Source: an uncultured Chloroflexia bacterium (GTDB lineage: Bacteria > Chloroflexota > Limnocylindria > Limnocylindrales > CSP1-4). Taken from it: DNA of 64,000 bases. The stretch covers positions 64,001-128,000 of the forward strand of contig CAVVCZ010000004.1 in NCBI GenBank assembly GCA_963746845.1. Direction: 5' to 3'. Shown here piece after piece: positions 29,801 to 38,682 of this stretch. The notes under the pieces are model-generated. The model was given only the letters and a program-made list of their open reading frames with translations, did no database searches and was not told where the DNA came from. Each line of letters opens with the position of its first letter. Position 1 is the stretch's first letter. A program made the translations under genes and the position numbers.

Positions 29801-30513
29801 GCCGCCCAGCGGCACACGTCGCAGTGGTCGACGGGGTCCGGATACGTCGCCGCGGGCGGGAACGTAGGAGGATCGTCGGCCGCCATCGCCTCGAGGAAGC
29901 GTGCCTTGGCGCTTCGGTAGTAGGCGAGGAAGTCGTCCACCCGGAGCCGCTCGACCGCGCGGGCACTCCCACCCAGGGCCACGTGCATCCATTCCGGACG
30001 CACACCCTGAACACCCTCGAGCAGGTCGACGTACGTGCAGATCTGGAGGATCGCGCTCGCCTTGACGTGCCGAGCGAGCTTGGTGTCGGCCACCTCGTAG
30101 TGCCACGGTCCGAAGGCTGACGGACGGGCCGGATCGTCGATCCGGAGCAGGAAGTCGGCGTGTCCGCGCCACGTCCCGTCGAAGAACGTGGCCTGGTAGA
30201 TGACATCCGCCCCAGCCGCCATCGCGGCAGTGGTCTCAGATGCGGCGGCGCGGAGCTGATCGCCCGCGTCCTCGATCGAGCCGTCCCGTTCGACCGAGAT
30301 GACGGTGCGACCGTCGGCGGCCAGATCCGCCAGGAACCGATGCTCATGCGCGAAGCCCCGCTTCCTGATGATGTCGAGCTCGGGATCGTCCCGGAGCGGC
30401 CGATGGACCAGTCCGGCCAGCGCGGCGCGCTCGAGCTGGGTCAGGTGCTCGCAGGCGAGATATGCGACGAGATCGGTTGCGGCGTAGACCGGCCGACCAT
30501 CGATCTCCTGCAC
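26896..30513 (-). CDS. TM0106-family RecB-like nuclease + RNase H-like + SF1 (Upf1/Dna2-like) helicase
   Basis: GHADFL..VADTKLA nuclease, FFDIEGD, YNRDD, QGPPGAGKT, DEAGQ, GDPQQL, APYNAQ, TVDKFQGQE, RLNVATSRA. Confidence 0.92.
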   Translation of the reverse strand: MQEIDGRPVYAATDLVAYLACEHLTQLERAALAGLVHRPLRDDPELDIIRKRGFAHEHRFLADLAADGRTVISVERDGSIEDAGDQLRAAASETTAAMAAGADVIYQATFFDGTWRGHADFLLRIDDPARPSAFGPWHYEVADTKLARHVKASAILQICTYVDLLEGVQGVRPEWMHVALGGSARAVERLRVDDFLAYYRSAKARFLEAMAADDPPTFPPAATYPDPVDHCDVCRWAAECATRRRQDDHLSLVAGISARQRRELTARGVDTLAELGRLGLPLEPPLEETSDGALTRVREQARIQLEGRLAHDHRYELLLPGPGATVDPDRGLATLPEPSPGDLFFDIEGDPYAFEDGLDYLFGVLDSAGTFHAIWSRDEDGEFSLDGERRAFEQLIDFVMERLAADPTLHVYHYAAYEPTALKRLMGRYGTREDEVDQLLRGGVLIDLLRAVRQSMRASVESYSIKKMEAFYGFEREVDLRDAGSSIVAFEQWLELGEGERPESDHLDRIERYNRDDVVSNRELRDWLEGRRLELQALVGQSIPRPTVREGELPADLTEARARVQGFVDRLAEGVPEDRADRDPEQHARWLLAQLLGWHRREERSMWWSFFRWMLELTPEELVDEPGPIGLLEPVALLDDPGTGKQTWQYRFPDQDFDIGSGEVYNPAWAQEHQNNSPFTWGAGDVLAINEAAGTIDIRRPADRAHPRAIVPLNWFRTNDHQTSLVELAEYVVDHDIAGDGPHQAARDLLLNVPPRVGQAPGAPLSLRDETDLDAAVRTARALDRSALAIQGPPGAGKTYTGARMILALLADGKKVGITSTSHKVIGNMIRSVQKAALDPTSPGFGSVELRIVQRGKPEQVLDDPTVARGKDNGDVRARLDDGRSNLAAGTSWLWASTKMVDAVDVLFVDEAGQIALANVIAVARSTTSVVLLGDPQQLDQPLQGSHPPGADRSALAHILDGRGTMPPERGLFLETTWRLHPDLCAYTSEVFYDDRLQPESHLAVQRSIARASLVDGTGPRLLETPTVGADNESPEEATAVGELARRLVEGGARWIDDQGDERPISWDDLLIVAPYNAQVASIQRVAPKARVGTVDKFQGQEAPISIYSMTSSNPDLAPRGMDFLYSRHRLNVATSRARCVAVVALSPDLLRVRARNPEQMRLANALCRFAEVARTGPGGGAARPPVVDAGAAPSEPDGPLTLGL

Positions 30514-30592
30514 GCGGGAACCTTAGCCCGGGTCCGTGCCACCTCGCCTGTCACGGCGGGCGCCGTACAAGGCCGCCCGCCCGATCCGCATC

Positions 30593-31903
30593 CTAGACGG
30601 GGCGCAGGCTCCGCCAGGTGTCGATCGCCCACTTCCAGTCGTTCGGGTCGTCGAACTCGACGCGGATCGCCGCGCCGCTCCCGGTCACGGCGCTGAACCC
30701 GTCGAGCGTCGCGACCTCGACCCCGGTGCTGGCGTCGGTCGAGATCCGCGCGCGGCCCCGGATCAAGCCGTCGGCGTGCTCGATCGCGTCGGGGCCGAGG
30801 CTGCCTGCGACCCGCTCGAGGAAGGCGGTCGGGGACATCGGGATGTCGTCGATCGCGGTCGCCGCCGCGGCGATCGTCACCGTTCGACCCGCGTCGCTGC
30901 CCGACCACTCGTCGGCCGACCGACGGTCGGTGAAGGACCCCGGCAGGTCGACCCCCCAGCCGGCCTGGATGATCGTGACCGGGCTTCGGCGGTAGCCGAT
31001 GACCGGGGTCGCGGCCCCGTCGCCGGCCCCGGCCGACTCCAGCGTCGCCGCGGCCCGCTGGAGCAGCTGGTGCGTCGAGGGGTCGTTGTGGCCACGCAGG
31101 AGGAACGCCTCGCGCCAGGCCGCCCACGGCCACGGCAGCCCGGGCTCGAGCGGGTAGGCGAACCGGAGCGTCGCCAGGACGTCGTCCAGGACGGCAACCT
31201 CCGGCGTCCCGACCGGCGGCCGCCACCGGACCTCCGTCCAGAGCAGCGTCGACGCCCGTCCGAGGTGGTAGCGCGCGTCCATCGCGTCGGCAGCCCACGG
31301 CCAGATGTCGGCGGCCGTTCGGGGGTCGCCCAGCGCGCGCTCGACCCATGCGTCGTCGCGCGGCCCGAGCACGGTTGCGACGGCGTCATCGAACGTGTAG
31401 CGCACGCCGGTCGGCGTGGCGAGGTGGAGCCCCGACGCGCCCTGCCGGCGCGCATCGCGGACGGCGGCGAGGCTCGAGCGCAGCCAGCCGAGATGGGCGC
31501 GCTCCGCGCCGGCGCGTTCGCCCGTGAAGAGCGCCCCCGTCGGATCGCTCGAGCCGTCGGCGTCGGACTCGGGCTTCCACGTCACGCCGATCTCGGGACC
31601 CAGCCGTCGCAGGAGACCCGCGACATAGGTGTGGTAGCCGGGGCCGACCGGGATCGTCATCGCCTGGACGACGACCCCACCGGTATCGGTCGCCTCGAAC
31701 CGGACCGGCCGAGCGGCCGGATGGAGGGAGACCTCCAGCGCGCCGTCGGCCGTGCGGTCGCCGAGCGCGTGGCCACGGAGCGTGTCCTTCGCGGCGTCCA
31801 CCAGCCACTCGTCGATCGACGTCAGCAGGGCGGCCGCGTGCGGCACGCGATGGGTCGCTCCCCGCCTGGATGCCTGGCCGACAGCCCGGATCGTGATCGA
31901 CAA
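30593..31903 (-). CDS. Hypothetical protein
   Basis: 436-aa ORF with coding-like GC3, VGPGYH and IGYRR segments, co-oriented with TM0106. Confidence 0.65.
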   Translation of the reverse strand: MSITIRAVGQASRRGATHRVPHAAALLTSIDEWLVDAAKDTLRGHALGDRTADGALEVSLHPAARPVRFEATDTGGVVVQAMTIPVGPGYHTYVAGLLRRLGPEIGVTWKPESDADGSSDPTGALFTGERAGAERAHLGWLRSSLAAVRDARRQGASGLHLATPTGVRYTFDDAVATVLGPRDDAWVERALGDPRTAADIWPWAADAMDARYHLGRASTLLWTEVRWRPPVGTPEVAVLDDVLATLRFAYPLEPGLPWPWAAWREAFLLRGHNDPSTHQLLQRAAATLESAGAGDGAATPVIGYRRSPVTIIQAGWGVDLPGSFTDRRSADEWSGSDAGRTVTIAAAATAIDDIPMSPTAFLERVAGSLGPDAIEHADGLIRGRARISTDASTGVEVATLDGFSAVTGSGAAIRVEFDDPNDWKWAIDTWRSLRPV

Positions 31904-32000
31904 CGGCTTCCTCGAGTGGCTCGACGTCCGACGATACCTCCCGTCGATCCGGCGGACCAGCCCGCGCGTTCACCCAATGGTCCTGTGCGATCCTTGGTCG

Positions 32001-32474
32001 ATGGATCGATCCGGCGAGGGCAACCCCCCGAGGCCGCCGGCGGATGCCCGTCCGCAGCCGGTCGCCGAGCCGTTGATCGAACGTCAGATTCGCGAGGCCC
32101 GCGACGCCGGGGCGTTCGAGAACCTGCCGTTCCAGGGCGAGCGGATCCCGCTCGAGGACGACAGCGCGGCCGGCGACTGGGCGATGGCCCACCGGGTGCT
32201 GAAGAACGCGAACATGGTGCCGCCGTGGATCGCCACGGATCGCGAGGTCCGCGATCTCCTGGCGCGGCGGGACGCGATCCTCGCGCGGGCGCCGCGGTCG
32301 AGCGCCATCGGCCGCGAGCGGGACCGGGCCGAGATGCGAGAGGTCGTCGCCGCGGCGAACCGCGCGATCCTGATCCTCAACAACGAGGCACCGACCGACC
32401 GCCAGCACCGCCGCAGGCTGGATCCCGAGCGGGAGCTCGCCGCGCTCGAGCGCGCGCACCACGAGGGCGGATAG
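32001..32474 (+). CDS. DUF1992 (DnaJC28-like) protein
   Basis: IERQIREARDAGAFENLPFQG..LKNANMVPPWI. Confidence 0.85.
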   Translation: MDRSGEGNPPRPPADARPQPVAEPLIERQIREARDAGAFENLPFQGERIPLEDDSAAGDWAMAHRVLKNANMVPPWIATDREVRDLLARRDAILARAPRSSAIGRERDRAEMREVVAAANRAILILNNEAPTDRQHRRRLDPERELAALERAHHEGG

Positions 32475-32491
32475 CCGGATCCGGCGTCGCC

Positions 32492-33856
32492 TCAGCCGAC
32501 GAGGGCGGCGACGGCCTCGTCGAAGGCAGCCGTATGCCGGTCGACATCCGCTTCGACCGTCGCCGGGCACATCAGTGCCATGTTGTGGAAGGGCGTCATC
32601 AGCACGCCGCGGTTCATCACCGCGAGGTGGAGGTAGCGGGCCAGGAGCGGGTCCTCGTGGGCCGCCTGTCCCGCGCCGTCGCGCGGTGGCGTGGGGCGGA
32701 AGTGGTACTCGGCCCGCACGCCGAGCCGGGTCACGTGCCAGGGGACGTGTCGGGATGCGATCACCTCGTTGACACCGGCCTCCCAGCGCTCCGCGAGCGG
32801 GATCATCCGCTCGAACGCGGCCTCGGTCAGGACCTCACCGAGCGTCGCCCGGATCGCGGCAGTGCTCAGGGCATACCCGGCGAGCGTCCCACCGATGCCG
32901 CCCACGTCGGCGCGCGGCGGGAGCGTCGCCCGCACCCGGTCGGCGATCGCGTGGGTCATCCCGTAGGTCCCCGCGGGGATCCCGCCGCCGATCGTCTTGC
33001 CGATGACGAGCATGTCCGGTTCGAGGCCGTCGCGGCCGGTCATCCCGCCGGGGCCGGCGCAGATCGTGTGCGTCTCGTCGATGATCAGGACGGTGTCCGT
33101 GCGGCGCGTCAGCTCGCGCAGCGCCTCGTGGTAGCCGGGCTCGGGGAGGACGATCCCGACGTTCGTCAGCGCGGGCTCGACCAGGACGGCCGCGACGTCC
33201 TCGTCCGCGAGCGCGCGCTCGAGCGCGGTGACGTCGTTGAACGGCACGACCCGTGTCGTGAGCGCGGGATCGACCGGCGGGCCGATGTTCAGGTCGGTCG
33301 CGACGACGCGTCCGTCGGCGTCGAGCGTCGCGAGCGTCTCGTCGACCGAGCCGTGGTAGCACTCGTCGTGGACGACGATCTTCGAGCGGCCGGTGATCCG
33401 GCGGGCGAGCCGGATCGAGAACCGGTTGGCGTCGGTCGCGGTCATCGTGAACTGCCAGAGCGGCAGCCCGAACCGGCGCGTCAGCTCGCGGCTTGCGGCG
33501 ATCGCGTCGTCCGTGGGGAGCATGTGGGTGATGCCACGACGCATCTGGCGCTCAACGGCTGCGATCGTCGGCTCGGGGCCATGGCCGGCCATCGCGCCGG
33601 TGTCGCCGAGGCAGAAGTCGACGTAATCGTGGCCGTCGACGCAGCGGAACCCGGCCCCACGAGCTTCCTCGACGAAGAGCGGGAAGGGTGACGCCCACTC
33701 GCTCATCCAGTTCATCGGGACGCCGTCGAGCATCGATGCCTTCGCCTGCTCGTGGAGCGCGCGAGACCGCGGGTGGGCAGCGGCGAAGCGGTCGGCCTCG
33801 ACGGCCATCGCCCGGGTCAGGCGGTCGCGATCGACGGTGGACTGGGCGGGGGTCAT
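32492..33856 (-). CDS. Class III aminotransferase (GSA-aminomutase-like)
   Basis: DGHDYVDFCLGD, YHG, VEP, LIIDETHT, GKTIGGG. Confidence 0.9.
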   Translation of the reverse strand: MTPAQSTVDRDRLTRAMAVEADRFAAAHPRSRALHEQAKASMLDGVPMNWMSEWASPFPLFVEEARGAGFRCVDGHDYVDFCLGDTGAMAGHGPEPTIAAVERQMRRGITHMLPTDDAIAASRELTRRFGLPLWQFTMTATDANRFSIRLARRITGRSKIVVHDECYHGSVDETLATLDADGRVVATDLNIGPPVDPALTTRVVPFNDVTALERALADEDVAAVLVEPALTNVGIVLPEPGYHEALRELTRRTDTVLIIDETHTICAGPGGMTGRDGLEPDMLVIGKTIGGGIPAGTYGMTHAIADRVRATLPPRADVGGIGGTLAGYALSTAAIRATLGEVLTEAAFERMIPLAERWEAGVNEVIASRHVPWHVTRLGVRAEYHFRPTPPRDGAGQAAHEDPLLARYLHLAVMNRGVLMTPFHNMALMCPATVEADVDRHTAAFDEAVAALVG

Positions 33857-33920
33857 TGCCGCCGAGGATGCGTCAGCTGCGCGAAGGCGTCCGGACGATC
33901 CCGGACGGCGATACACCCGA

Positions 33921-34044
33921 CTGCGTTCGTCGCGGATGGGCGTCGCTGGAAAGGCGACCCCGAGGAGCGGAGCGCGCGCACTTCAGGGTGCGTGAGCGAG
34001 CACCGCAGGGGTCAACGCAGCCAGCGGCGTCCAGGCGCGACAGC
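33921..34044 (-). repeat. 124-bp structured interspersed repeat (MITE/REP-like), copy 1
   Basis: Ungapped match to 38528-38651; core CTCGCTCACGCACCCTGAAGTGCGC identical. Confidence 0.85.
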
Positions 34045-34233
34045 CTAGTGGAGGCGGCGCTGGAACCCGCAGATGGGGCACGAGGCGATGCCGGTGTCCG
34101 GATCGACCTCGAGGAAGGAGGTGCAGCCGTTGGTGCTGCAGTAGGGGCGGCTCGCGGAGTGGCTCCGGCGCCGCAGGCGGCGCATGGCCACCGATCGGCC
34201 CGCCACGTTGGCGGAAGTGGTTCGAGTCATCAT
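34045..34233 (-). CDS. Small basic zinc-ribbon protein
   Basis: CSTNGC..CPICG, Arg-rich N-terminus, AAGGA upstream. Confidence 0.65.
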   Translation of the reverse strand: MMTRTTSANVAGRSVAMRRLRRRSHSASRPYCSTNGCTSFLEVDPDTGIASCPICGFQRRLH

Positions 34234-34439
34234 GGGCTGGGTTCGGTTGTTCCTTCTGGCTGCGCGTCTCGCGGGCGCCGGCATCTCTTGCCTTCTGGCG
34301 CTCGTCGCGGCGCTGCGGCCTTGACGTTCCGCTCTCGGACGGCTCGGATTCAGGGAGCCGGAGCGGGGTTGGTTTCTGTACCCGGGACGTCGCGGGAGCG
34401 GACTGGGCTCGACCGGTGGACGCCGCTGCGGGTACGTGA

Positions 34440-34468
34440 ATCATGCCCTGCCGCCCCAATTCCGTCAA
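34440..34468 (-). promoter_or_regulatory. Sigma-70-type promoter TTGACG-N17-CATGAT
   Basis: Near-consensus hexamers with 17-bp spacer, about 200 nt upstream of the zinc-ribbon ORF. Confidence 0.6.
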
Positions 34469-34585
34469 CCGGACCTTCGGACGGCGGCGTGATGGCCCCG
34501 AACCGCGGCGGGGTACGACGGCGTACCGGTTGACGTCGGGTCGACGATTCGAATCGACCGAGATCCGTGCGACGGAGGTGTCCCG

Positions 34586-35014
34586 ATGAGCACGATCCTC
34601 ATCGTCGCCAACCAGACCCTGCCGAGCGAGGCGCTCGCCACCACGGTCTCGAGCCGGATCGCGTCCGGCGCCCGGGACTTCCACGTCGTCGTTCCCGCGA
34701 CCCCACCCCCGGGCGGTGGCATGACCTGGGACGAGGACGCCGCCCGGGAAGCGGCCGAGGAGCGCCTGCTGGCCTTCCGGCAGCGACTCACCGAAGCGGG
34801 CGTGAACGTGGGCGGCGAGATCGGCGATCGGGATCCGGTGGCTGCCGTTCGCGACGCAGCGCGTGGCCGGGACGTGAGCGAGATCATCCTCTCGACGTTG
34901 CCCGCGGGTGCGTCGCGCTGGCTCCGCCAGGACGTCCCGACCCGGCTTCGCGGCGCGCTGAATGTCCCGCTGACGGTCGTCGAGGAGAAGCCGAGGGTGG
35001 GTGCCGGCCGCTGA
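34586..35014 (+). CDS. USP-like alpha/beta protein
   Basis: ILIVANQT, GEIGDRDP, EIILSTLP..SRWL; GGAGG RBS. Confidence 0.7.
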   Translation: MSTILIVANQTLPSEALATTVSSRIASGARDFHVVVPATPPPGGGMTWDEDAAREAAEERLLAFRQRLTEAGVNVGGEIGDRDPVAAVRDAARGRDVSEIILSTLPAGASRWLRQDVPTRLRGALNVPLTVVEEKPRVGAGR

Positions 35015-35142
35015 ATGCGCGAGCGCTGGGGCCGGCAAGGTTGCGAAACATCAACCTTCGCCGCATCGAACCGAAGTTGCGTCCGAGGTCCGCAGTTGGC
35101 AGACTCCCGCAGTCCGATGCAACCGACTGACGGAGGGGTCCC

Positions 35143-36327
35143 TTGCCGACGTCCCTGATCGCGCGTGTGCGACGCCCCGCGATCGCCTTTGCCGTTTCGA
35201 CGCTGGTGCTGGCCGGGCTCGCGCCCGCCGCGCTGGCCGCCGACGAGTTCGCCGTGACGACGCCGTATCCGTCGATCGCGGTCGCCCCCGGTTCGAGCGC
35301 GAGCTTCGACCTGACCGTCACGTCCCCGACGAGCGGCACCGCGAGCCTCCAGGTCGGTGGCACGCCCGCCGGCTGGACGGCGACCCTCCATGGCGGCGGG
35401 TTCGTCGTCTCCGGGGTCACGGTCGCCTCCGGCAAGCCCGGAACGGCCCGCCTCGACGTCAAGGTGCCTGCCGACACGACCGTGGCCGAGGGTCGTCTGA
35501 CCGTGACGGCCCGGCTCGGGAGCAACACCGCGACCCTGCCGATCACGGTGGCCGTCGACAAGGCGGTCTCGGGTGACGTGACCCTCTCGTCGACGTCGCA
35601 GACGCTGACCGGCCCGAACGACACGACCTACAGCTTCCCGGTCACCGTGAACAACGGCTCGGCCCAGGACCTGACCGTCTCGGCGACGGCCACGGGGCCG
35701 GCCGGCTGGACCATCGACACCAAGCTGTCCGAGGCGCAGGCGGCGAGCGTCGTTGTCAAGGCCGGCAGCTCGACGACCGTCACCGTCTCGGTCACGCCCG
35801 CCGCGGACGCGCCGGCAGGCCTTGGCGTCATCGACCTCGAGGTCACGGCCGGAACCCAGACCCTGCCGTATCAGCTCGGCGTCGACATCACCGGCACGTT
35901 CAAGATCACGCTCTCGACTCCGAACCAGCTCGTGTCTGCCCACGGGCCGGCTGGCAGCGGCACGACCCAGCAGATCGTCGTCAAGAACGACGGGACCGGG
36001 CCGCTGACGAACGTGAAGATGACGGCCACCCAGCCGACGAACTGGACGATCACCTACGACCAGGAAACGATCCCGACGATCCCGCCGGACCAGCAGGTCA
36101 CGGTGACGGCGACGATCACCCCGTCGGGTGACGCCGTCACCGGCGACTACCAGATCACGATCACGGCGACGGCACCCGGCGAGAACGGGACGAACGCCGC
36201 GACCGACGACCTCGCGATGACCTTCACGGTCGAGACGTCGCCGATCTGGCTGCTCGCGGGGGTCGTCCTGATCATCGCGATCGTCGCCGCGCTGTTCTAC
36301 GTCTTCCGGACCTACGGTCGACGATGA
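35143..36327 (+). CDS. Exported NEW3/Ig-like repeat protein with C-terminal TM
   Basis: Signal ending ALA, Thr/Val-rich beta repeats (PAGW, KNDG..PLTNV..PTNW, GDY), C-terminus VFRTYGRR. Confidence 0.85.
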   Translation: MPTSLIARVRRPAIAFAVSTLVLAGLAPAALAADEFAVTTPYPSIAVAPGSSASFDLTVTSPTSGTASLQVGGTPAGWTATLHGGGFVVSGVTVASGKPGTARLDVKVPADTTVAEGRLTVTARLGSNTATLPITVAVDKAVSGDVTLSSTSQTLTGPNDTTYSFPVTVNNGSAQDLTVSATATGPAGWTIDTKLSEAQAASVVVKAGSSTTVTVSVTPAADAPAGLGVIDLEVTAGTQTLPYQLGVDITGTFKITLSTPNQLVSAHGPAGSGTTQQIVVKNDGTGPLTNVKMTATQPTNWTITYDQETIPTIPPDQQVTVTATITPSGDAVTGDYQITITATAPGENGTNAATDDLAMTFTVETSPIWLLAGVVLIIAIVAALFYVFRTYGRR

Positions 36328-37427
36328 CGGCACCGTCGACGCGACCGACCCGGAAGCGGGTCGGTCGCAAGGGCGGCATGGCGGATCGAGAGCCGGGGGC
36401 GACGCCGCGCCGGCCCCGGGAGGGTGACGATCGACCGCGTGCGCCGATCCGGACGCGCGGCCTGACGAAGGAGTACGGCGACCTCGTGGCCGTCGACCAC
36501 CTCGACCTCGAGGTGCAGGCCGGCGAGATCTTCGGGCTGCTCGGCCAGAACGGGGCCGGCAAGACGACGACGATCCTGATGCTGCTCGGGCTCACGGAGC
36601 CCACCGACGGCCAGGCTCGCGTCGTCGGGCTGGATCCGGCCCGGCGGCCGCTCGAGGTAAAGCGCCGGGTCGGCTACCTGCCGGACAGCGTCGGCTTCTA
36701 CGGCGACCTGACCGGTCGCGAGAACCTCCAGTACACCGCGCGCCTCAACCGGATCCCCCGGGACGAGGCGAAGGAGCTGATCGACGAGGCGATCGAAGCG
36801 GTCGGGCTCACGGCGCGTGCGGACGACGCTACCGACACGTACTCGCGGGGCATGCTCCAGCGGCTCGGCATCGCCGATGCCCTGATCAAGGATCCGGACG
36901 TCCTGATCCTCGATGAGCCGACGACCGCGATCGACCCGCTCGGCGTGACGGAGATCCTGGACCTGCTCCGCAACCTCGTCCGTGAGCGGCAGATGGCGAT
37001 CCTCCTGTCCAGCCACTTGCTCAACCAGGTCCAGTCGGTGTGCGACCGGATCGGGATCTTCGCCGCGGGCCGGTTGATCGGGCAGGGGACCATGGACGAG
37101 CTGGCGGCGCGGTTCGGCGACGACACCGCGCACGTCGAGGCCGGGTTCGAGCTTCCCGCCGACACGAAGGCAGCCCAGGTCCGCGAGCTGCTCGCGGCGA
37201 TCCCGAACGTCGTCAAGGTCAAGGCGCCGTCGCGACCGCGAGACCCGTGGGTGCTCGATGTCCGGCCGGCGACCGAGGACACGAGCGTCCGCCGCGCGAT
37301 CGTCGCGACCGCCGCGGCGAACGGGCTCGACCTGACGTCCGTGCGGCCCGTGGCACCGTCGCTCGAGGAGATCTATCGCCGGGCGGTCGAGCGCGCCGCC
37401 CACGGCCATGCGAGGGACGTCCGATGA
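36324..37427 (+). CDS. ABC transporter ATP-binding protein
   Basis: GQNGAGKTT, YSRGM, LILDEP, SSH. Confidence 0.93.
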   Translation: MTAPSTRPTRKRVGRKGGMADREPGATPRRPREGDDRPRAPIRTRGLTKEYGDLVAVDHLDLEVQAGEIFGLLGQNGAGKTTTILMLLGLTEPTDGQARVVGLDPARRPLEVKRRVGYLPDSVGFYGDLTGRENLQYTARLNRIPRDEAKELIDEAIEAVGLTARADDATDTYSRGMLQRLGIADALIKDPDVLILDEPTTAIDPLGVTEILDLLRNLVRERQMAILLSSHLLNQVQSVCDRIGIFAAGRLIGQGTMDELAARFGDDTAHVEAGFELPADTKAAQVRELLAAIPNVVKVKAPSRPRDPWVLDVRPATEDTSVRRAIVATAAANGLDLTSVRPVAPSLEEIYRRAVERAAHGHARDVR

Positions 37428-38509
37428 CGAGCGAGAGCACCCCGCTCCCGACGCCGGCTCCGGCGCCCGCCTCCCCGGCCGCACCCGCGAAGCCCGCCCG
37501 CGACGACGGGGCGATCCCGTCCCGCCGCGAACGGTCCGTCCCGCATGCGGGCTGGATGGTCGTGGCCGGCAAGGAGTTCGCCGACCACCTCTGGTCAGCC
37601 CGGTTCGTGGCGCTGCTGATCGTCCTCGGGCTGGCGGCCCTGATCCCGATGTACTTCGCGGCCGACGCGATCCGGGCAGCCGCCTCGCAGATCACCGGCG
37701 CCTCGTCGATCTTTCTCTTCCTGTTCACCCTGTCGCCGAAGGTCGGCGACAGCCAGGTCCAGCTGCCGAGCGCCTGGGAGTTCGTCGCGATCGTCGGGCC
37801 GCTGCTCGGGATCGTGTTCGCGTTCGACGCCGTCAACGGCGAGCGGTCGACGGGCACCCTGCCCCGCCTGCTGTCCCAGCCGATCTTCCGCGACGACGTG
37901 ATCAACGGGAAGTTCGCGGCGGGTCTGGCCGTGATCGGGCTCGTGCTGACGTTCATCGTCGTGCTGATCACGGCGTTCGGGATCATCCGGCTGGGGATCG
38001 TCCCGAGCGCCGAGGAGCTGCTGCGGATCATGACGTGGCTGATCCTGACGTTCCTCTACGTGTCGCTCTGGCTCGCGTTCGGGCTGCTGCTGTCCGTGCT
38101 CATCCGGCGTGCGGCGACGTCCGCGCTCGTCGCGTTCGGCACGTGGCTGCTCCTGACGTTCTTCGGCAGCCTGATCACCGGGCTGATCGGCGGGTTCCTC
38201 GCCCCGATCTCGGGCACCCTCGACCAGCAGGCCTCGAACCTGTCGCTCCAGCAGACGATCACGCGGCTGCTGCCGGACACGCTGTACCGGGAGGCGTCGC
38301 TCGCGATCCTCAACCCGCAGGTCGCGGCGGTGACGAACCCGGCGACGATCGGCGGCTACGAGCAGGCCGCCCAGCGGATCCCGTCGCTCCAGTCGTTCGA
38401 GCAGAGCCTGCTGCTCATCTGGCCGCACATGATCGTGATGCTCGCGATCACGGTCCTGTTCTTCGCCCTCGCGTACGTCCGCTTCATGCGCCAGGAAGTC
38501 CGCGCCTAG
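37424..38509 (+). CDS. ABC-2 type permease
   Basis: FDAVNGERSTGTL..LSQPI..GKF, six TMs, FMRQEVRA. Confidence 0.9.
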   Translation: MTSESTPLPTPAPAPASPAAPAKPARDDGAIPSRRERSVPHAGWMVVAGKEFADHLWSARFVALLIVLGLAALIPMYFAADAIRAAASQITGASSIFLFLFTLSPKVGDSQVQLPSAWEFVAIVGPLLGIVFAFDAVNGERSTGTLPRLLSQPIFRDDVINGKFAAGLAVIGLVLTFIVVLITAFGIIRLGIVPSAEELLRIMTWLILTFLYVSLWLAFGLLLSVLIRRAATSALVAFGTWLLLTFFGSLITGLIGGFLAPISGTLDQQASNLSLQQTITRLLPDTLYREASLAILNPQVAAVTNPATIGGYEQAAQRIPSLQSFEQSLLLIWPHMIVMLAITVLFFALAYVRFMRQEVRA

Positions 38510-38527
38510 TCCGTGTCGCGACCTCCG

Positions 38528-38651
38528 ACTGTCGCGCCCGAACGCCGATGGCCGCGTTGCCGGCTGCGGTCCTCGCTCACGCACCCTGAAGTGCGCTCGC
38601 TCCAGTCCTCCCCGGCGCCTTGCCCTCGACGCCCGGGCGCGACGATCGCAG
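38528..38651 (+). repeat. 124-bp structured interspersed repeat, copy 2
   Basis: Matches the reverse complement of 33921-34044. Confidence 0.85.
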
Positions 38652-38682
38652 ATGGCACCCGGCGAGGCACACTCCCTTTGCG

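Noticed and set aside
35030-35062. c-di-GMP riboswitch (GAAA-containing hairpin)
   Set aside because: Second stem and conserved junction nucleotides not found
33921-38651. Composite transposon bounded by the inverted 124-bp repeats
   Set aside because: No transposase inside and no target-site duplication seen; independent insertions downstream of genes are simpler
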